Source: Octopus bimaculoides
Taxonomy: Eukaryota
Assembly: GCF_001194135.2 (NCBI RefSeq)
Contig: NC_068981.1
Span: 28,412,755 to 28,476,754 of the forward strand
DNA: 64,000 bases
Direction of reading: 5' to 3'
Below the pieces are notes generated by a model. It saw only the letters and a list, made by a program, of their open reading frames with translations, did no database searches and was not told the origin of the DNA. The translations under genes and the position numbers were made by a program. Below are positions 1-14,231 of the stretch, piece by piece (position 1 is the stretch's first letter; every line of letters begins with the position of its first letter).

Positions 1-44
1 ATTCCTTGTCGCCTGATATTGTTATAGTCTAAATTAATAATGGT

Positions 45-868
45 TTAAATGTTGGCAGAAGGCCAGCATTATGGAGGACAGGGTAAGTTGATTACATCAA
101 CCCCAGTACTCAACTGGTACATATATAATCAACTCCGAGAGGATAAAAGGCAATGTCGATCCCGGTGGTATTTGATCTCAGAATGTACAATCAGAAGAAA
201 TACTGTTAAGTTCTTTTTCCGGAGCAGTAATTATTCTGCCAGCTCACCGCCCTAGCTTGAAATATTAATAATAGTAGTTACTAATGTAGGCACAAGGCCA
301 GTAATTTTGAGTGGAGAGAATTAGTCGATCTAGTCGATCGTTCCAAAAGGATGGAACGAAAAGTTGATTTCGGCAAGAATCGAACTCAGAATATATAGCT
401 TCTGACCGAACACTAAAGAGTCTGAGGCGCTAACTATTCGACGTATTCACCACCTCGAATAGTTGTTTGAAATTTAGGCAAAAGACTAGAAATTATAAGA
501 AGAGGAGGATTAGTCGATTACATCAACTCCCAGTTGGATGAAGATTAAAGCTGACTTCGGTAAGATTTGAGCTCAGAACGTAAATTACTTGAAGAAATAC
601 CGTAAGGAAGTTTGGCCTTTCTTTTTTACGATTCTACAAACTCACCATCCTTGATGATGAGTTCTACCATAAGCATATTCAGTACACATATTCAGTGGTG
701 GGGAAAAATCAATTAAATCGACTCCAGTACTTGTCAAATATTTATTTGATTCACCTTGAAAGGACTAAAGTAAAATGGATGCCTGTGGGATTTGAACTCA
801 AAGCATAAAGAGAACGTAACTGAATAACGTAGAACATGTTATACAGCGTTCGACCGATTCTGCCAGAA
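45..868 (-). mobile_element. Four head-to-tail degenerate family A SINEs (~45-251, 285-455, 465-647, 690-868)
   Basis: Each shows reverse-complement box B (TTTGA[A/T/G]CTCA) and the GTCGAT...ACATC motif; most end in an ATTCT(G/A)C(C/A)A-like box A remnant. Confidence 0.7.
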
Positions 869-882
869 TAGTAACAACAGTA

Positions 883-928
<46 letters not shown>

Positions 929-2255
929 TGTGCGTGCGTGCGTGCGATGAATTCCCAACTGCGAGCCTGTCTCTTCCCACTTCTTCATTATATATACATA
1001 TAAATATATGTCTGGCTCTTTATTGTCATGTCTGTTCCCGCAGAAACTCATGCGCTTCTTCGTGATTCGTTACACACACGCATGCGCACATGCGTATGCG
1101 TGTCAGTATGTGGTTGTAGAGTGAGGATGTCAGAGTAAGTTAGATAATAAGACAAAAACTTATACATGTATGCATGCTTACACACATATCTAGATATCTA
1201 TAGATCTTTTCGTACAATCTATGTAGCCATCATTCTTTGCACATATATCATTCAGTGTACTTTTATAATTATCTATTCAAGACCATTTCGGTTGATAAAT
1301 GGTCCACATGGCAGCTCTCCTTAATCAGACGTATGGCACGAAGGTAGCGAATCAAACATGTTACTGCAATTCACAGGTCCAGTACACCCGCATTTACAAA
1401 AGTAATAAATCTAGCGTTTCAGGTTTGACCATCGTTATAAACAACTATGACAATGTTATATTTATCAAGGACTTGATGTCCTGAAGATCTAGAATCTAGA
1501 ACATTCTTGACGCCATTTTACTTCATTCTTCTCTTTACATTTTTATTATGTATGTATCTAATCTGAGATAAAATTAATGATTAGATTCAACACATAGGAA
1601 GATAATACCCAATTTGCCAAGCCTACTAGGTAGCTACCATAGTTACATATAGTCGCCGTCCAATTCAATGTTCCCTTCAATTGTACAATGACATTGAACC
1701 TTCTATGAGGAAGAAACAGTTCTGGCTTTGCCACGGACTTAGGGGCTAATCGATAACACTAACAAAGCAACGCAAAAGCTCCTTCATGGTTGGAAGAAAC
1801 AGCTACCACTCTATAAACTTTGAACACTACTGTTTTTGGATAAGACCCAAACCAATAATATTTTCAATCCGATGTATAAATTTATGAAATGTCATTAGAG
1901 CATACACTGAAAATATATCGTAAAGTCTCTGCCCCTACTTTATTTCTTTCTGCTGTCTAATATAGTATTTGTTGTATGGTATGATCATAAACAAACTGCC
2001 ATTTTCAGCGTACAGTCTAGCTGTTCACTTCAGTATAGCACATTGGCATTGTATTCTCTATGTTTCTGCTATTAAAATTTCACCCCTCTCCTTTCGATGT
2101 TCCTATACATAAAATACATGTATACAAACATAATACATATCTTCATATACACTGCCACATAGACGCACTTTTGAACAATATAGTTGTGTGCATCTGTATA
2201 CAGTACAAAGCACACGTATATAGACAATATTTATACGTGCAAATACACAAAAGCA

Positions 2256-2314
<59 letters not shown>

Positions 2315-3183
2315 CAGACACTGTTACATACAAATACATACACATCTAAAATAGACACACACACACATGTGCTTGTGCGTGCGTGTGAAGCAGAATGCAA
2401 CCGTGTGTGTACACATGTGTGTTTGTGAATAAGTGAGTAAATGTGCGTATAAACATAGAATGTTTTACATTCTCATACATACATTTTCATGTATTCTCTT
2501 ATCCAGCTCGTATTGAAGTCTGCAACGCACAAACCTAAGTGGAGCGCTGGTCTTAGAATTTATATCCACCATTAGATCCTGATATTTATCGATATGCCTC
2601 CGGGGCATTACAGTGCACAGGCATTCGCCGAATACCGCTATGTTCACGCATACACAATGTGACGTATGCATGCGCATCAATACACACACACATTCACAAT
2701 TGCATACATGCTGCTCCCTCTCTTTCTCTGTATAATATCTATGTGTACGTAGGTACGTTACGTACATACATATATATGTATATAAGTACTTGCATATATA
2801 TGTGTGTGTCTATGTGTGTGTGTACGTATGTATGTTTACATTGGAATACAGAATTATAAGGATCAATAGTGTATAAGGAAGACGAGATATAAGAGGGGGA
2901 AGAGACGATAAAATAGTGTGCACGTTATTTACATTTGGTTCTGATTCTATTTTAATTACATGGATACTTCAAGATCTCAGTCATCCCTGTACTCAATCAA
3001 GAAATAGTGACATACATTTACGAACACGAACGCACGCACTTACTCTTTCAAATGCGTACAAATACGCACATACATACATGCAAATATATGTATGTGTATT
3101 CATCTCTATAGATATACACACACACATATATACAAACATACATGCGTACATACATACATACATACATACATACACACATACAC

Positions 3184-3259
<76 letters not shown>

Positions 3260-3444
3260 ATATATATATATAATGTATATGGCTATGTGAATATATGAGT
3301 ACACACATACACATATAAACATATACGTATAAATGCATGCACACACACATGTAAATACATACATAGATATGCAGATTCATATGTATATAAATGTGTACAC
3401 ATATATTTACATAAACGTACATGCATACGCATACATAAATGCAG

Positions 3445-3475
<31 letters not shown>

Positions 3476-3774
3476 CATGCACGTCTAAAAACATACACTC
3501 ACACATACATATACATATAAACACACTTACACTATTTTACAATGTATAGCAGACAGTTCTTGCGAATGATCTCAGTCGCAACACAGCAGATTTTCTAAGA
3601 TTTTGCTCGCTCGTTGCTCAACTCTTTTCCACGGCACACCAAGGTCGATATTCTCTTCCCGCTCTTTCTCTCACACGCACACACTTGCACACATGCGTAC
3701 ATACACTCACTCACACTGAGTCGGCTAATGGGTATCAGGATCAGAAATTACTATTGTTATTAACTTTATAGTCA

Positions 3775-3982
3775 AGGTGGTGAGCGGGACAAATCGTTAA
3801 GCAAGCCGGACAACATGTATTTCGTCCGTCTGCACGTTCTGTGTTCAATTTCCGGCAAAGTCACCTTTGCCTTTCACTCTTCCGGAGTCGATGTAATAAG
3901 TACCAGTTGAGCACTGGGGTCGATGTAATTGACTTACTTCTTCCTCCAAACTTGCTCGACTCGTACCAAAATTTGAAACCAA
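3775..3982 (+). mobile_element. SINE family A copy
   Basis: GGTGGTGAGC...GTTCAATTTCC...AATAAGTACCAGTTGAGCACTGGGGTCGATGTAAT...AATTTGAAAC. Confidence 0.8.
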
Positions 3983-4101
3983 TACTACCGTAGTAGTTTC
4001 AGAAAAAGCACTATTTACATACTTTCATTGCCGGATATTCTTATTGTCTCCGTTACGAGGTCCTTAAATTTGTGTATTTTCGCCATTTCATTTATTTATT
4101 G

Positions 4102-4205
<104 letters not shown>

Positions 4206-4763
4206 TATAGTGTGTTGGGACGACTGATAGTTCAGTTGACGGGCACTTTTACTCAAAGAGTCCTTCACAACTTTATCTAAGCGATTCACCTTAATCTCTG
4301 TCTGTGTGGAATAGAATAGCCCAAAGTGTGCTTGTTTTACCATTCCCACAGGCTTTCATTTTTGATTTTTATCAGCATCAGCATCAGCATCACCACTTTT
4401 CTGTTGGTACACCACCAGGAGCTTGAGTGTACCTTTCCGTTATGAGTTTCAACCACACCCACGACATTTAACAGAATATGAAACAAAATTAAACTCTTCT
4501 AGAAATTTGAGGTTATAAGTCAGTTATGAATGTGCGTGTGTGTGTAAGTGTGTAATTGTGTGTGTGTGTGTGCGCGCGCACAGACAATATCAATACTTAC
4601 GAATCGAAATGTATATTTATAAATTTGTATTGATAAATCTTCTTTTTGGCAATAATCAATATATCTTGTAGAATAAATTTCTTATAATAAATTTTCCCTT
4701 TTATTGCACTTTGTAATTGTTATACGGAAGCATAAACTTATCATATATACACACAGTTCACTT

Positions 4764-4830
<67 letters not shown>

Positions 4831-5070
4831 TTCACACACACACGAACGCACATACACACACTTACATACATACACTCATATATANNNNNNNNNNNNNNNN
4901 NNNNNNNNNNNNNNNNNNNNNNNNNNNNNNNNNNNNNNNNNNNNNNNNNNNNNNNNNNNNNNNNNNNNNNNNNNNNNNNNNNNNNNNNNNNNNNNNNNNN
5001 NNNNNNNNNNNNNNNNNNNNNNNNNNNNNNNNNNNNNNNNNNNNNNNNNNNNNNNNNNNNNNNNNNNNNN

Positions 5071-5108
<38 letters not shown>

Positions 5109-5174
5109 AATATACATATTTATATATATTATGTGCTACCATTAATCCAGTCACGTTTTTTACCTCTCTCCGTT

Positions 5175-5347
5175 TTTTTCTTTTCCTCTCCCCATCTGTT
5201 TTCTCTTTTCATTTCTTTCTGTAAAAGAGAGTATGCTTGAAACGTCAATGATTTCACTTTTCCTGAGTGATAAACTAATACACCTTGCTTGTATTAGTAT
5301 TCCTCACCTGTTTCTGTCATGTTTTTTTTCTTCTTTTGTACAATTTC
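5175..5347 (+). mobile_element. Repeat family F copy (old, diverged)
   Basis: TTCTTTCTGTAAAAGAGAGTATGCTTGAAACGTCAATG...CCTGAGTGATAAACTAATAC...CACCTG is collinear with the 45901 copy. Confidence 0.55.
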
Positions 5348-6068
5348 GAACTAAATATGTGTGTGAGTGCACGTGTGTGCGTGCGTGCATGTGTGTCTTT
5401 ATGCAAACATCTGTGGCATGTTGTGCTGGTTGTCATAATTTGTATCACCACGCTAGCTCTAATCCACCACTTTGGTTAATTTGACTCTAATTTCATTTAG
5501 GTTTTGCATCCGAGTGCTTATTATTAGATATGAGGAAAAATTATGACTAGATCATATCATGATACGGTAACAACAGAATTACTATAAATAAATGCAACAA
5601 ATTCGGTAGTAATATTGCGCTGGCCCTGAAAACAGTCGTACAAGCAGACAGCCACAAACATATTCACACTCGCTCACACATACGTACAACACCAGCATAT
5701 ATTTATATATCGGGGAAGAGAGATACGTGAAAGGATAACTGCAAATTGGCAAAAAAGTTGTAAATAGTCGCGACTAAGTACTTAAGATATATTTCAAGAA
5801 GAACGATGCTCTTCTATCGCGAAATGTGTTTGAAGATTTAAGTAGTTATATAAAAACGAATAAATCGTAACATTTGGACAAATATCTTAACTGAGGTGGA
5901 GAAGTAACAGAAAAAATCTTCAGTGGAAAAGTACAAATGAAAATTGCTTATGCTCACGCCCTCTCTCAAAAAAAATCCTATATTATTCTCATTATTCTAG
6001 TAGCTTCAGAAAAAGACACCTTTTACTTATTTGCATTATCAACATGTATTTCTGTACACACACACATA

Positions 6069-6108
<40 letters not shown>

Positions 6109-6985
6109 TGCACACATATATACATGCATACGCATATATAAATACCACATACACGTACACATATGTATTTGTTAATTCTTGCATATATGTATGTTTGTAT
6201 GTATATATATACAGAGATGCTTCATCTTAGTTGGTGAAATGAAGACATGTTAACATACAAGCATACAAATGCGCGCGCGTGTGTGTGTGTGTGTGAGAGA
6301 GAGAGAGCAAGCGTGTATGTATTTGTTAGAAGAATGATAAAACACAGAGAAAGAAGGAACTTGAATGAAACATTGACCTGTATACCTTTACAAGGAACCC
6401 TCCACTACCACTGCGGCTGCTACAACTAATGCTGGAGAAATGCTCACCATGCAACAATTACCCAATGCACATTGTTAGATGAACAATAACATCTGAGAAT
6501 TAGAAGAGGAAGAAAAAAATGAACAGAAGAATATAGAAAACTATGTAAAAAAAAAACAAACATATATATATACGACTGTATGAAAGAGACAATATGCGAG
6601 TGTGGGAATATGTAAAAGAGAAAAAGATGGAATATACATGAACAGATTCGTATAGAATAAAAGAGAAATGTGTGGTTAAAAGTAGAGATGAAGATGTGTT
6701 GAAGAACGTCTTGTAAATAGATCGAATGTTATATTGTGTAAGAACTGGTTCACAGAGTCAGACTCGGATATAATAGAACAAATAAATAAATAAATAAGTA
6801 AATGGAATAGCAAAAATGAGAAAAAAAATTATTGCTGGAATAGGGAATGCTTTTCGAGGTAAATACAGAAAATGTCTAAATGGATAAACGATAGAAAGAT
6901 TGATAGATAGATAGATGGAAAGGTGTATATCTATAAATATATAGATAAGTAATAGATAACATGAGTGTGTGTATAATATATATCG

Positions 6986-7016
<31 letters not shown>

Positions 7017-7184
7017 TTTTATTTTATTTTCATTTTATCTAGTTTCAGCTCATGAGCTGTGGCCATGCTGGGGCACCGCCATTTGGTGTTGCTACACAAT
7101 TTTACTTCACAAATTTTGCTTCAGGAATTGACATTTGGTGCATGAGAGAGTTTGATGCAGCTGCTCTCATTTGCACCTCCTGCC

Positions 7185-7218
<34 letters not shown>

Positions 7219-8046
7219 TGTATGTATGTATGTATGCATGAAAAATGCCTTGTAAATAGACGGCAGATAAAAATACGTATACTGAGTGTACAACACAACT
7301 GGACGAGATATAGACACAGAAGGTCCCTAATTCTTCATCAGTTATCAACTGAATAGTAAGACTCAGTCTCGCACCATTAAAGATATATATATATATATTT
7401 GTGTGTGTGTGTGTGTATGTGTGTGTGTGTAAGTATGTATGTATATTCATGTGTGTGTGCGTTTATGTTCAGATAGATGGGTAGAACGACTACACCAAGG
7501 GTATCACAATTCCTATGAAGAATTACAAGTAATTTGAGAATTAAGGATGTCATAATCAATTCAAAACTGAACATATCCATTATCAAAAATTGCAAGAAGC
7601 GTTTGGCTACAAGCACTATACTAATCTGAGCGTGTCGCAACCCACTTGTCATGCGTTTGGGCAAAATATATACTATCGTTACCAATTTTCTCTTGATAAA
7701 TGGATTTTAACCCCAGAAGTTCGTAATATAAAGTAAATTGGACTGCTAGGTTGCTTCTGCCTTCATTTCTAGTTAGCACTGCACTGCCTTCTAAAACAAT
7801 TTTAGCACACGTCAAGTTTGTATGTGTGAATGCATGCATGTACAGTACACCTTTTTGTTATGAACGACAGATGCAACGTTTTGCAGAACAACCTGCACAG
7901 GTGGTTCTTTTTGTGGTGATTGAATTAGTGTGATGTACATTAGTTCCCTTCCTCCATCAGATAAACATTATCTATACAGGTGCACGGTGTGCAACACATC
8001 ATATGTCGATTTGATCGCAGAGCATTGTGAAATGTCCTATTTTCCT

Positions 8047-8143
8047 TTACAAATAGAACGCACTGCCCGGCTCGGGGAATCTAACCCAACCCAATCTTGC
8101 AATCATGAATCCGACATCCTAACCACAAAGCCACACGCCTCCA
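8047..8143 (-). mobile_element. tRNA-like SINE head fragment (family E-related)
   Basis: Reverse complement GGAGGCGTGTGGCTTTGTGGTTAGGATGTCGGATTCATGATTGCAAGATT...AGATTCCCCG shows a box A and a degenerate box B. Confidence 0.5.
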
Positions 8144-8214
<71 letters not shown>

Positions 8215-8240
8215 ACAAATTAATATATATCACATTTTAA

Positions 8241-8450
8241 GGCGGCGAGCTGGCACAGTCATTACCTTGCCGAGCATAATGCTTAGCGGATTTTCGCCCG
8301 TCTGTACGTTCTCAATTCAAATTCTACCGAGGTCGACTTTTCCTTTCCTCCTTACAGGGTCGAAAAAGTAAGTACCAGTTGAGCATCGTGGCCAATGTAA
8401 CCGACTTAGTCCCTCTCCTGGAATTGCTAGCCTTGTGCTAAAATTTGAAA
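8241..8450 (+). mobile_element. SINE family A copy
   Basis: GGCGGCGAGCTGGCA...TTCAAATTCTACCGAGGTCGACTTT...AAGTACCAGTTGAGCA...CCTTGTGCTAAAATTTGAAA. Confidence 0.85.
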
Positions 8451-8933
8451 TCTCTCTCTCTCTATATAAAATATATATCAGTTTGGATAATTTCGGTTAG
8501 ATATCAGAAATGGTGGAGAATCACCGTAAATATATACCTTAATGTATTTAGTGTAGTCTCTCTTCGATGTTCCGTGATTTAAATGCCATTTGAACAAACG
8601 CTGCATTTTTATAAGTGATATTGTTGAATATTTATAAGCGAAATTCAATGAATTATCGATAAAATCGTTTATAAGCGACATTATTTAATATCTTCAAGTG
8701 ATATCATTAAATATCGATAAAATAAGTACGAGCGATATTATCAAACATAAAAAGTGCTACAATATTAGATATCGATTAGACAGGTAAAATATCGAGTGAT
8801 TAAATATATTAAGATTTACATTTCTGTTTAAATGATTTGCAGGCTTTTTGTTACATATCTGCTCAGTCCATTTAATTCTAGAAGCCTGATGCTTGTTTCT
8901 ACACGCTTCTCATGTGTTGGTTCCTTAGATTTT

Positions 8934-9526
8934 GGTGAGCTGGCAGAATTGTTAGCACGTCGGACAAAAATGCCTTGCAGCATTCATGGCGCAGGAGTGG
9001 CTGTGTGGTAAGTAGCTTGCTTACCAACCACATGGTTCCGGGTTCAGTCCCACTGCGTGGCACCTTGGGCAAGTGTCTTCTACTATAGCTTCGGGCCGAC
9101 CAAAGCCTTGTGAGTGGATTTGGTAGACGGAAACTGAAAGAAGCCTGTCGTATATATGTATATATACATGTATGTGTGTGTATATGTTTGTGTGTCTGTG
9201 TTTGTCCCTCCCCCCAACATCGCTTGACAACCGATGGTGGTGCGTTTACGTCCCCGTAATTTAACGGTTCGGCGAAAGAGACGGGTAGAATAAGTACTAG
9301 GCTTCCAAAGAATAAATCCTGGGGTCGATTTGCTCGACTAAAGGCAGTGCTCCAGCATTGCTGCAGTCAAAAGACTGAAACAAGTAATAGGTTCAAATTC
9401 TGCCAAAGCGACTTTGTCTTTCATCCTTTCGTTGTCGACAAAAAAAAGTACCAGTTAAATACTGGGGTCTATGTAATCGACTTACTCCCTATCGTCAAAA
9501 TTGCTGGCCTTTTACCAAAATCAGAA
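8934..9526 (+). mobile_element. SINE family A copy split by a family B insertion (8934-8987 and 9390-9526)
   Basis: The head GGTGAGCTGGCAGAATTGTTAGCACG precedes the insertion; the body resumes at GTTCAAATTC...AAGTACCAGTT...CTGGGGTC. Confidence 0.8.
8988..9388 (+). mobile_element. Bipartite tRNA-derived SINE family B (head + CORE-like segment, TA/TG spacer, 3' module), nested in a family A copy
   Basis: Box A TGGCTGTGTGG, box B GGTTCAGTCCC, then ACCTTGGGCAAGT (same 13-mer as the start of the MIR CORE domain as I recall it). Near-identical to the minus copies at 12411 and 33971. Confidence 0.85.
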
Positions 9527-10356
9527 TGATTTCTGGTGTGTGTTCTTTTTATACGCCCAGTGACAGGCTGTGTTTTTTTTTATGCTTACGCTTAGGTTAG
9601 TCCGGATGAAGCAGATCTTTTATCATGGTCATTCTTTTATTCAAACAAGCCTATGATCGCACATCGAATTCGGTGATGATCCCCCATTAATTGCTGATCC
9701 TTCCTTGAATGAATACATATACCACGGCACGGCTGGAATGTGCAATTTCTCAGTTGGAGAGGTTGGGTATTAATTCTGCACACAAACCTCTGGTTTTCTC
9801 TTGATGATATCCAATGTGTCTGTTCCCCGCAAGTGAGAACATAAAAGATGGCAGCGAGGCTTTGCGTTCGTGTGGGGTTGATATTACTTCTCCTCCAAGC
9901 AGTCTTCAGTTGCTTTGGAACTGTTTCCCCCCACCCCACCCCTCAAAACAGACATAATGTCTACTGGTACAATTTAGCCAGACTTATTCAGCATTATATC
10001 ACTAACATACAGTTTATTTGTGATATACGCATTTTCCATTGAATTTTTTTCTTCTTCTTAATTAAAGAAATTTTAACTATGCTTAATTGACTTTGCAAAA
10101 GAGCAATTTTTGAAAACGATTATTTAACTCACCTTCATCCGCCCCAGCTCTATATTCTAGAGGAGAAAAAGCAGTTAAACGCAGGAATGGAAGACACTAG
10201 AATAGATAATACTAGTCATTCTATTTTTGTTCTGCGTTCCGGTATGTTAAGGCCAATTGCTGAAACACTGTCAGTCATATAAATATTGATTTATTATGTC
10301 AAAACCAAAGTAACTAAAGTGTGAGTTTCCCTCTCACTAACACACAAATAGAGTGA

Positions 10357-10357
10357 G

Positions 10358-10419
<62 letters not shown>
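10357..10419. repeat. (TAGA)n tetranucleotide microsatellite (others at 26263-26330, 45823-45878, 46030-46080, 55109-55180)
   Basis: Read directly from the sequence. Confidence 0.95.
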
Positions 10420-10420
<1 letters not shown>

Positions 10421-11991
10421 AAGCATACATTTTGCTTGCTTTGTCTTGGAAATGAAGAAAAAAATATATATAGATAGATAGAGATACTATTCATATTTAT
10501 GAATGGACTAACACATTGGCATATTATGAATATATGTGTATTATGTGTGTGTGCGAGTGTGTGTGTGTGTATGTGTGTGTGTGTGTGTATTGGCACAACT
10601 ATACGTGATACATACACATATGTATACATCTATATATTTCCCTGTGTGTGTATTTTGATCGTGTGTTGTGTGAATGTTTTGATACTTTATATGTGTGAAT
10701 ACGTGTGTCCATGCGCTGGCTGGTTTGTATACAAAAATATATCTATATTTACGCACGGTTGACCATGGCAAAGAGAAACAGACATCCAGCTGTTGTGTAA
10801 AGACCTATATGCTTTCTCTCTCTTTTTCATTTCACCTTTATTCATACACGCACACTCTGCTTTTCTCCGTCACTTGTCCATCTCTCCCTCGCTTTCCTCC
10901 ATACTATTTCCCCACTTTTTTCACGCCCCACCACATCATTCTGGTCATTTTTATTTATTTATATATTTATTTATTTTTGCATCAACAATAAACCATAACT
11001 GACAAAAAGGCATTTTATTTTGTCATTCACTGTTGTCGCGAAAGAAACCTTTCACACCAACAAAACCATCATAAAAAAAAACAACTAAAAACAACAAAAA
11101 AATCCTACAGAAATATAAAGCAAAACAAAGAACACTTGCTATGCTTTAGTTTGGTCTTCTAATACCTTTTTGTTTTTTCCTTTTTGTGTTTATTTCATAT
11201 GATTTTTTTCGTCGTTTTTGTTATTGTTGTTATCTGTTGTTTGATTTCATCTGTTGCGGAACTTCAAAGACACATCAGAGTTAGTTACCTATGTAAACAA
11301 CCATGTAAAAGATTATATCAGATTTGTATCACATTTCTTGGTGTCTTTCCTTCTTTCTTCTTTGGTAATGAACTATTCAGTCAGCTTTTGAACTAACCTC
11401 ACACACACACACGCACACACGCGCGCGCGCGTTCACTGATAGGTGGCAGATTCGCTAAAGCGTCAGATCTTGAGCCATTTACAAATGTCCCTTTAGGCTC
11501 ATAGTTCAAATCTCGGCTAAGTTGACTTTGTTATTTTTACTTAAATCGTGGACGAGTACTAAAGTACTGGAGACTTGTTTTGCAAGATTCCTGATGTGAA
11601 ATCATGTATTGAAACAGATATTATATTTCGGGATGGTCATTGGCAAGAAGAAGAAAATGACCATCACGAAATATAACTTTTAAACTAGGTTCTTAATCAT
11701 GGCCGCGAAGTGAAAAACTAGTGCAATTTCTAAATCTCTTATATTAAATTTTCCTTCTTTCTGTTGTGTTGACGCCCCCAGACGAAGAAGTAGGATCTCC
11801 CAAGACATATAAATGGAGGTAGTCTGGCCGTGGTAAGAATGTTGAGCAGCAGTCGAGTAGCAGTTGTGTAGCGGTTGAATAGAGATAGCAGTAACTTTGA
11901 GACATAACAGTCGCGACGAAGATTCGCAGCTCACACAACCACTATGTAGTACTGCGATATAACATTCTTACGACCCCTACACACACACACC

Positions 11992-12034
<43 letters not shown>

Positions 12035-12035
<1 letters not shown>

Positions 12036-12180
12036 CGACGGGCTTCTTTCAGTTTCCATTTACTAAATCCACTCACATCGGCCCGATGCTAAAGCTGGAG
12101 ACACTTGCTCAAGGTACTATGCAGTCAGACTGAACCCGGAAGTATGTGGTTGGGAAGCAAGCTTCTTACCACACAACCGC
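12035..12180 (-). mobile_element. SINE family B, 5' module only
   Basis: CGACGGGCTTCTTTCAGTTTCC...GAACCCGGAAGTATGTGGTTGGGAAGCAAGCTTCTTACCACAC, ending in a TA/CA tract. Confidence 0.8.
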
Positions 12181-12410
12181 TTACAGATTTTAGCTAAGTT
12201 AGTGCACGTCTGTTTTGCAATCACTTCCGGTTGTTTTCTGCTTCAAGTTTCCTCTATGACAGTAGACTGTTCCAAGCGTGACAATCATGCTTATAAACTA
12301 TTGATGAATCGACTATCAATATCGAAGATGGGTGTTCAGATTTTGGAGCAAACTGTCCTACATGCTCGTTGAATGAAATTATATACCGTTGGGTATTTAT
12401 TTCAAAGACA

Positions 12411-12638
12411 TTCTTTCTTTTCTTTTATTCTTTTATTTGTTTCAGTCATTTGACTGCGGCCATGCTGGAGCACCGCCTTTAGTCGAGCAAATCGACCCTA
12501 GGACTTATTCTTTGTAAGCCTAGTAATTATTGTATCGGTCTCTCTTGTCGAACCGCTCGGTGATGGGGACGTAAACACACCAGCATCGGTTGTCAAGCGA
12601 TGTAGGGGGGACAAACACGGACACACAAACACATACAT

Positions 12639-12669
<31 letters not shown>

Positions 12670-12850
12670 TACACATATATATATATTTACGACGGGTTTC
12701 TTTCAGTTTCCGTCTACCAAATCCACTTACAAGGCTTTGGTTGGCCCGAGACTATAATAGAAGACACTTGCCCAAGGTGCTACGCAATGGGACCGAAACC
12801 GGAACCATGGGATTGGTTAGCAAACTACTTACCACACAGCCACTCCTGTG
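12411..12850 (-). mobile_element. SINE family B, full-length copy
   Basis: Reverse-complement match to 8988-9388 along its whole length. Confidence 0.85.
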
Positions 12851-13439
12851 TATCTTTTGCATAATTTTCAGGCTGAATATGTGTCACAGAAAATGTAATG
12901 GAAGGTCGGGCCTTTTGAATCACAAGCGTGACTTACATGATGGGTGTTATGAAGATCATTTCATTGTTTTGCACAGTTTCGTATTATTCTCGAGATATGA
13001 CTTAGTGTGGGGTGACGGGAAATTTGGATGCTATCACTAGCCTTTCGCGGTTTTACGTAGATGCTTCCTCACTGTCGTGCACTGGAGTTGAACTGATTTA
13101 ATAAACTAAAACATTTTCAATACACACTTGTAAATTTGTTACAACCGTGTGTTGTATGTGTGCGTGTGTATTTGTGTGTATGTGTGTGTGCATGTGCGTG
13201 CGTATGCGTTATTTGTTCAACGATTCATACACATACATTTTATATACCATTGCACGCACAAAGCCTTGGGCGCAAGATTAATATTTAATGAAGGTTGGAA
13301 ATAATTTTGTTTTAATAATTAATCAATTATAAAAATGATAATAATAAACAATGAAATACACGAGGTATGTTTACCAATAACCCAATGTGTGATTTATATG
13401 TGCGTGTGCGAAAGTATATGTGTATGTATGCGGTTATAT

Positions 13440-13479
<40 letters not shown>

Positions 13480-14200
13480 TTGAAAGGCAGATCTTGGCTT
13501 TGTCGCACACTAGTTAGTGTCTATGTATACATATAGAGAATAAAAGCATACATAAACAACCATATACGCATCTGCAAATCACTGTGTGTGTGTGTCTGTG
13601 TGTCTGTGTGTCTATGTGTCTGTGTGTCTGTGTGTCTGTGTGTCTGTGTGTCTCTGTATGTGTAGGCTTGAACGTGTATTCACGTGTTATTATATTTTAT
13701 TTCATACCTTTAAAAGCCCGTTTTAAGTCCGTGTTCCGACAGTATCTTGTTACCAGAGGTCTCTACAGCTACCATCACTCATATTGTCACGTATCTTTTC
13801 ATGTTGGAAATTCTAACGTACCCCCTCGGTGACAGCCCCTCTCACAATCACTAGGTCTCAACCGCCGTAAATACTCTGGCTGACCTCTATGCCTGACCCG
13901 ACAGTCAGCACCAACATAAGAAAACTGTTACTATTACCGCCACCCGCGTACATAAACACACCTTATTACCTTCAACACCGTCTAACAACTCTATGTATAA
14001 TTACTTACCTCCAGGTACTTGTTAACGTTTCCAAATACAATAAACAAAAGATCACAAAAATAATAAAGGAAAACAAGGCTATATGATCCAGGATAGTGTT
14101 ATATGTCTATATGCATGTGTATGTGTATGTGTGTGTGTATGTGTGTGTATGTATGTGTGTATACATCTAAATATATACCCTCGCATATATGCGAGTATGC

Positions 14201-14231
<31 letters not shown>

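Noticed and set aside
5401-5484. MQTSVACCAGCHNL... resembles the CAGC start of LIM1
   Set aside because: No following RPILD/WH/C pattern; it stops after about 20 more codons.
7970-8040. RCTVCNTSYVDLIAEHC, zinc-finger-like spacing
   Set aside because: It does not fit the LIM CxxC-x16-23-HxxC pattern or Lhx1 sequence, and has no convincing splice sites.
8988-9060. tRNA-like sequences with A and B boxes (also 50892 and 62940)
   Set aside because: They continue into SINE bodies and lack a closed cloverleaf acceptor stem, so they are SINE heads, not tRNA genes.
9630-9960. Higher-GC unique segment with a 100-aa minus ORF and a 64-aa signal-peptide-like plus ORF
   Set aside because: No recognisable motif in any frame and no splice or repeat context; left unassigned.
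10178-10238. Imperfect hairpin (AACGCAG/CTGCGTT, GAATG/CATTC, ACTAG/CTAGT)
   Set aside because: Large asymmetric internal loops; does not meet pre-miRNA geometry.
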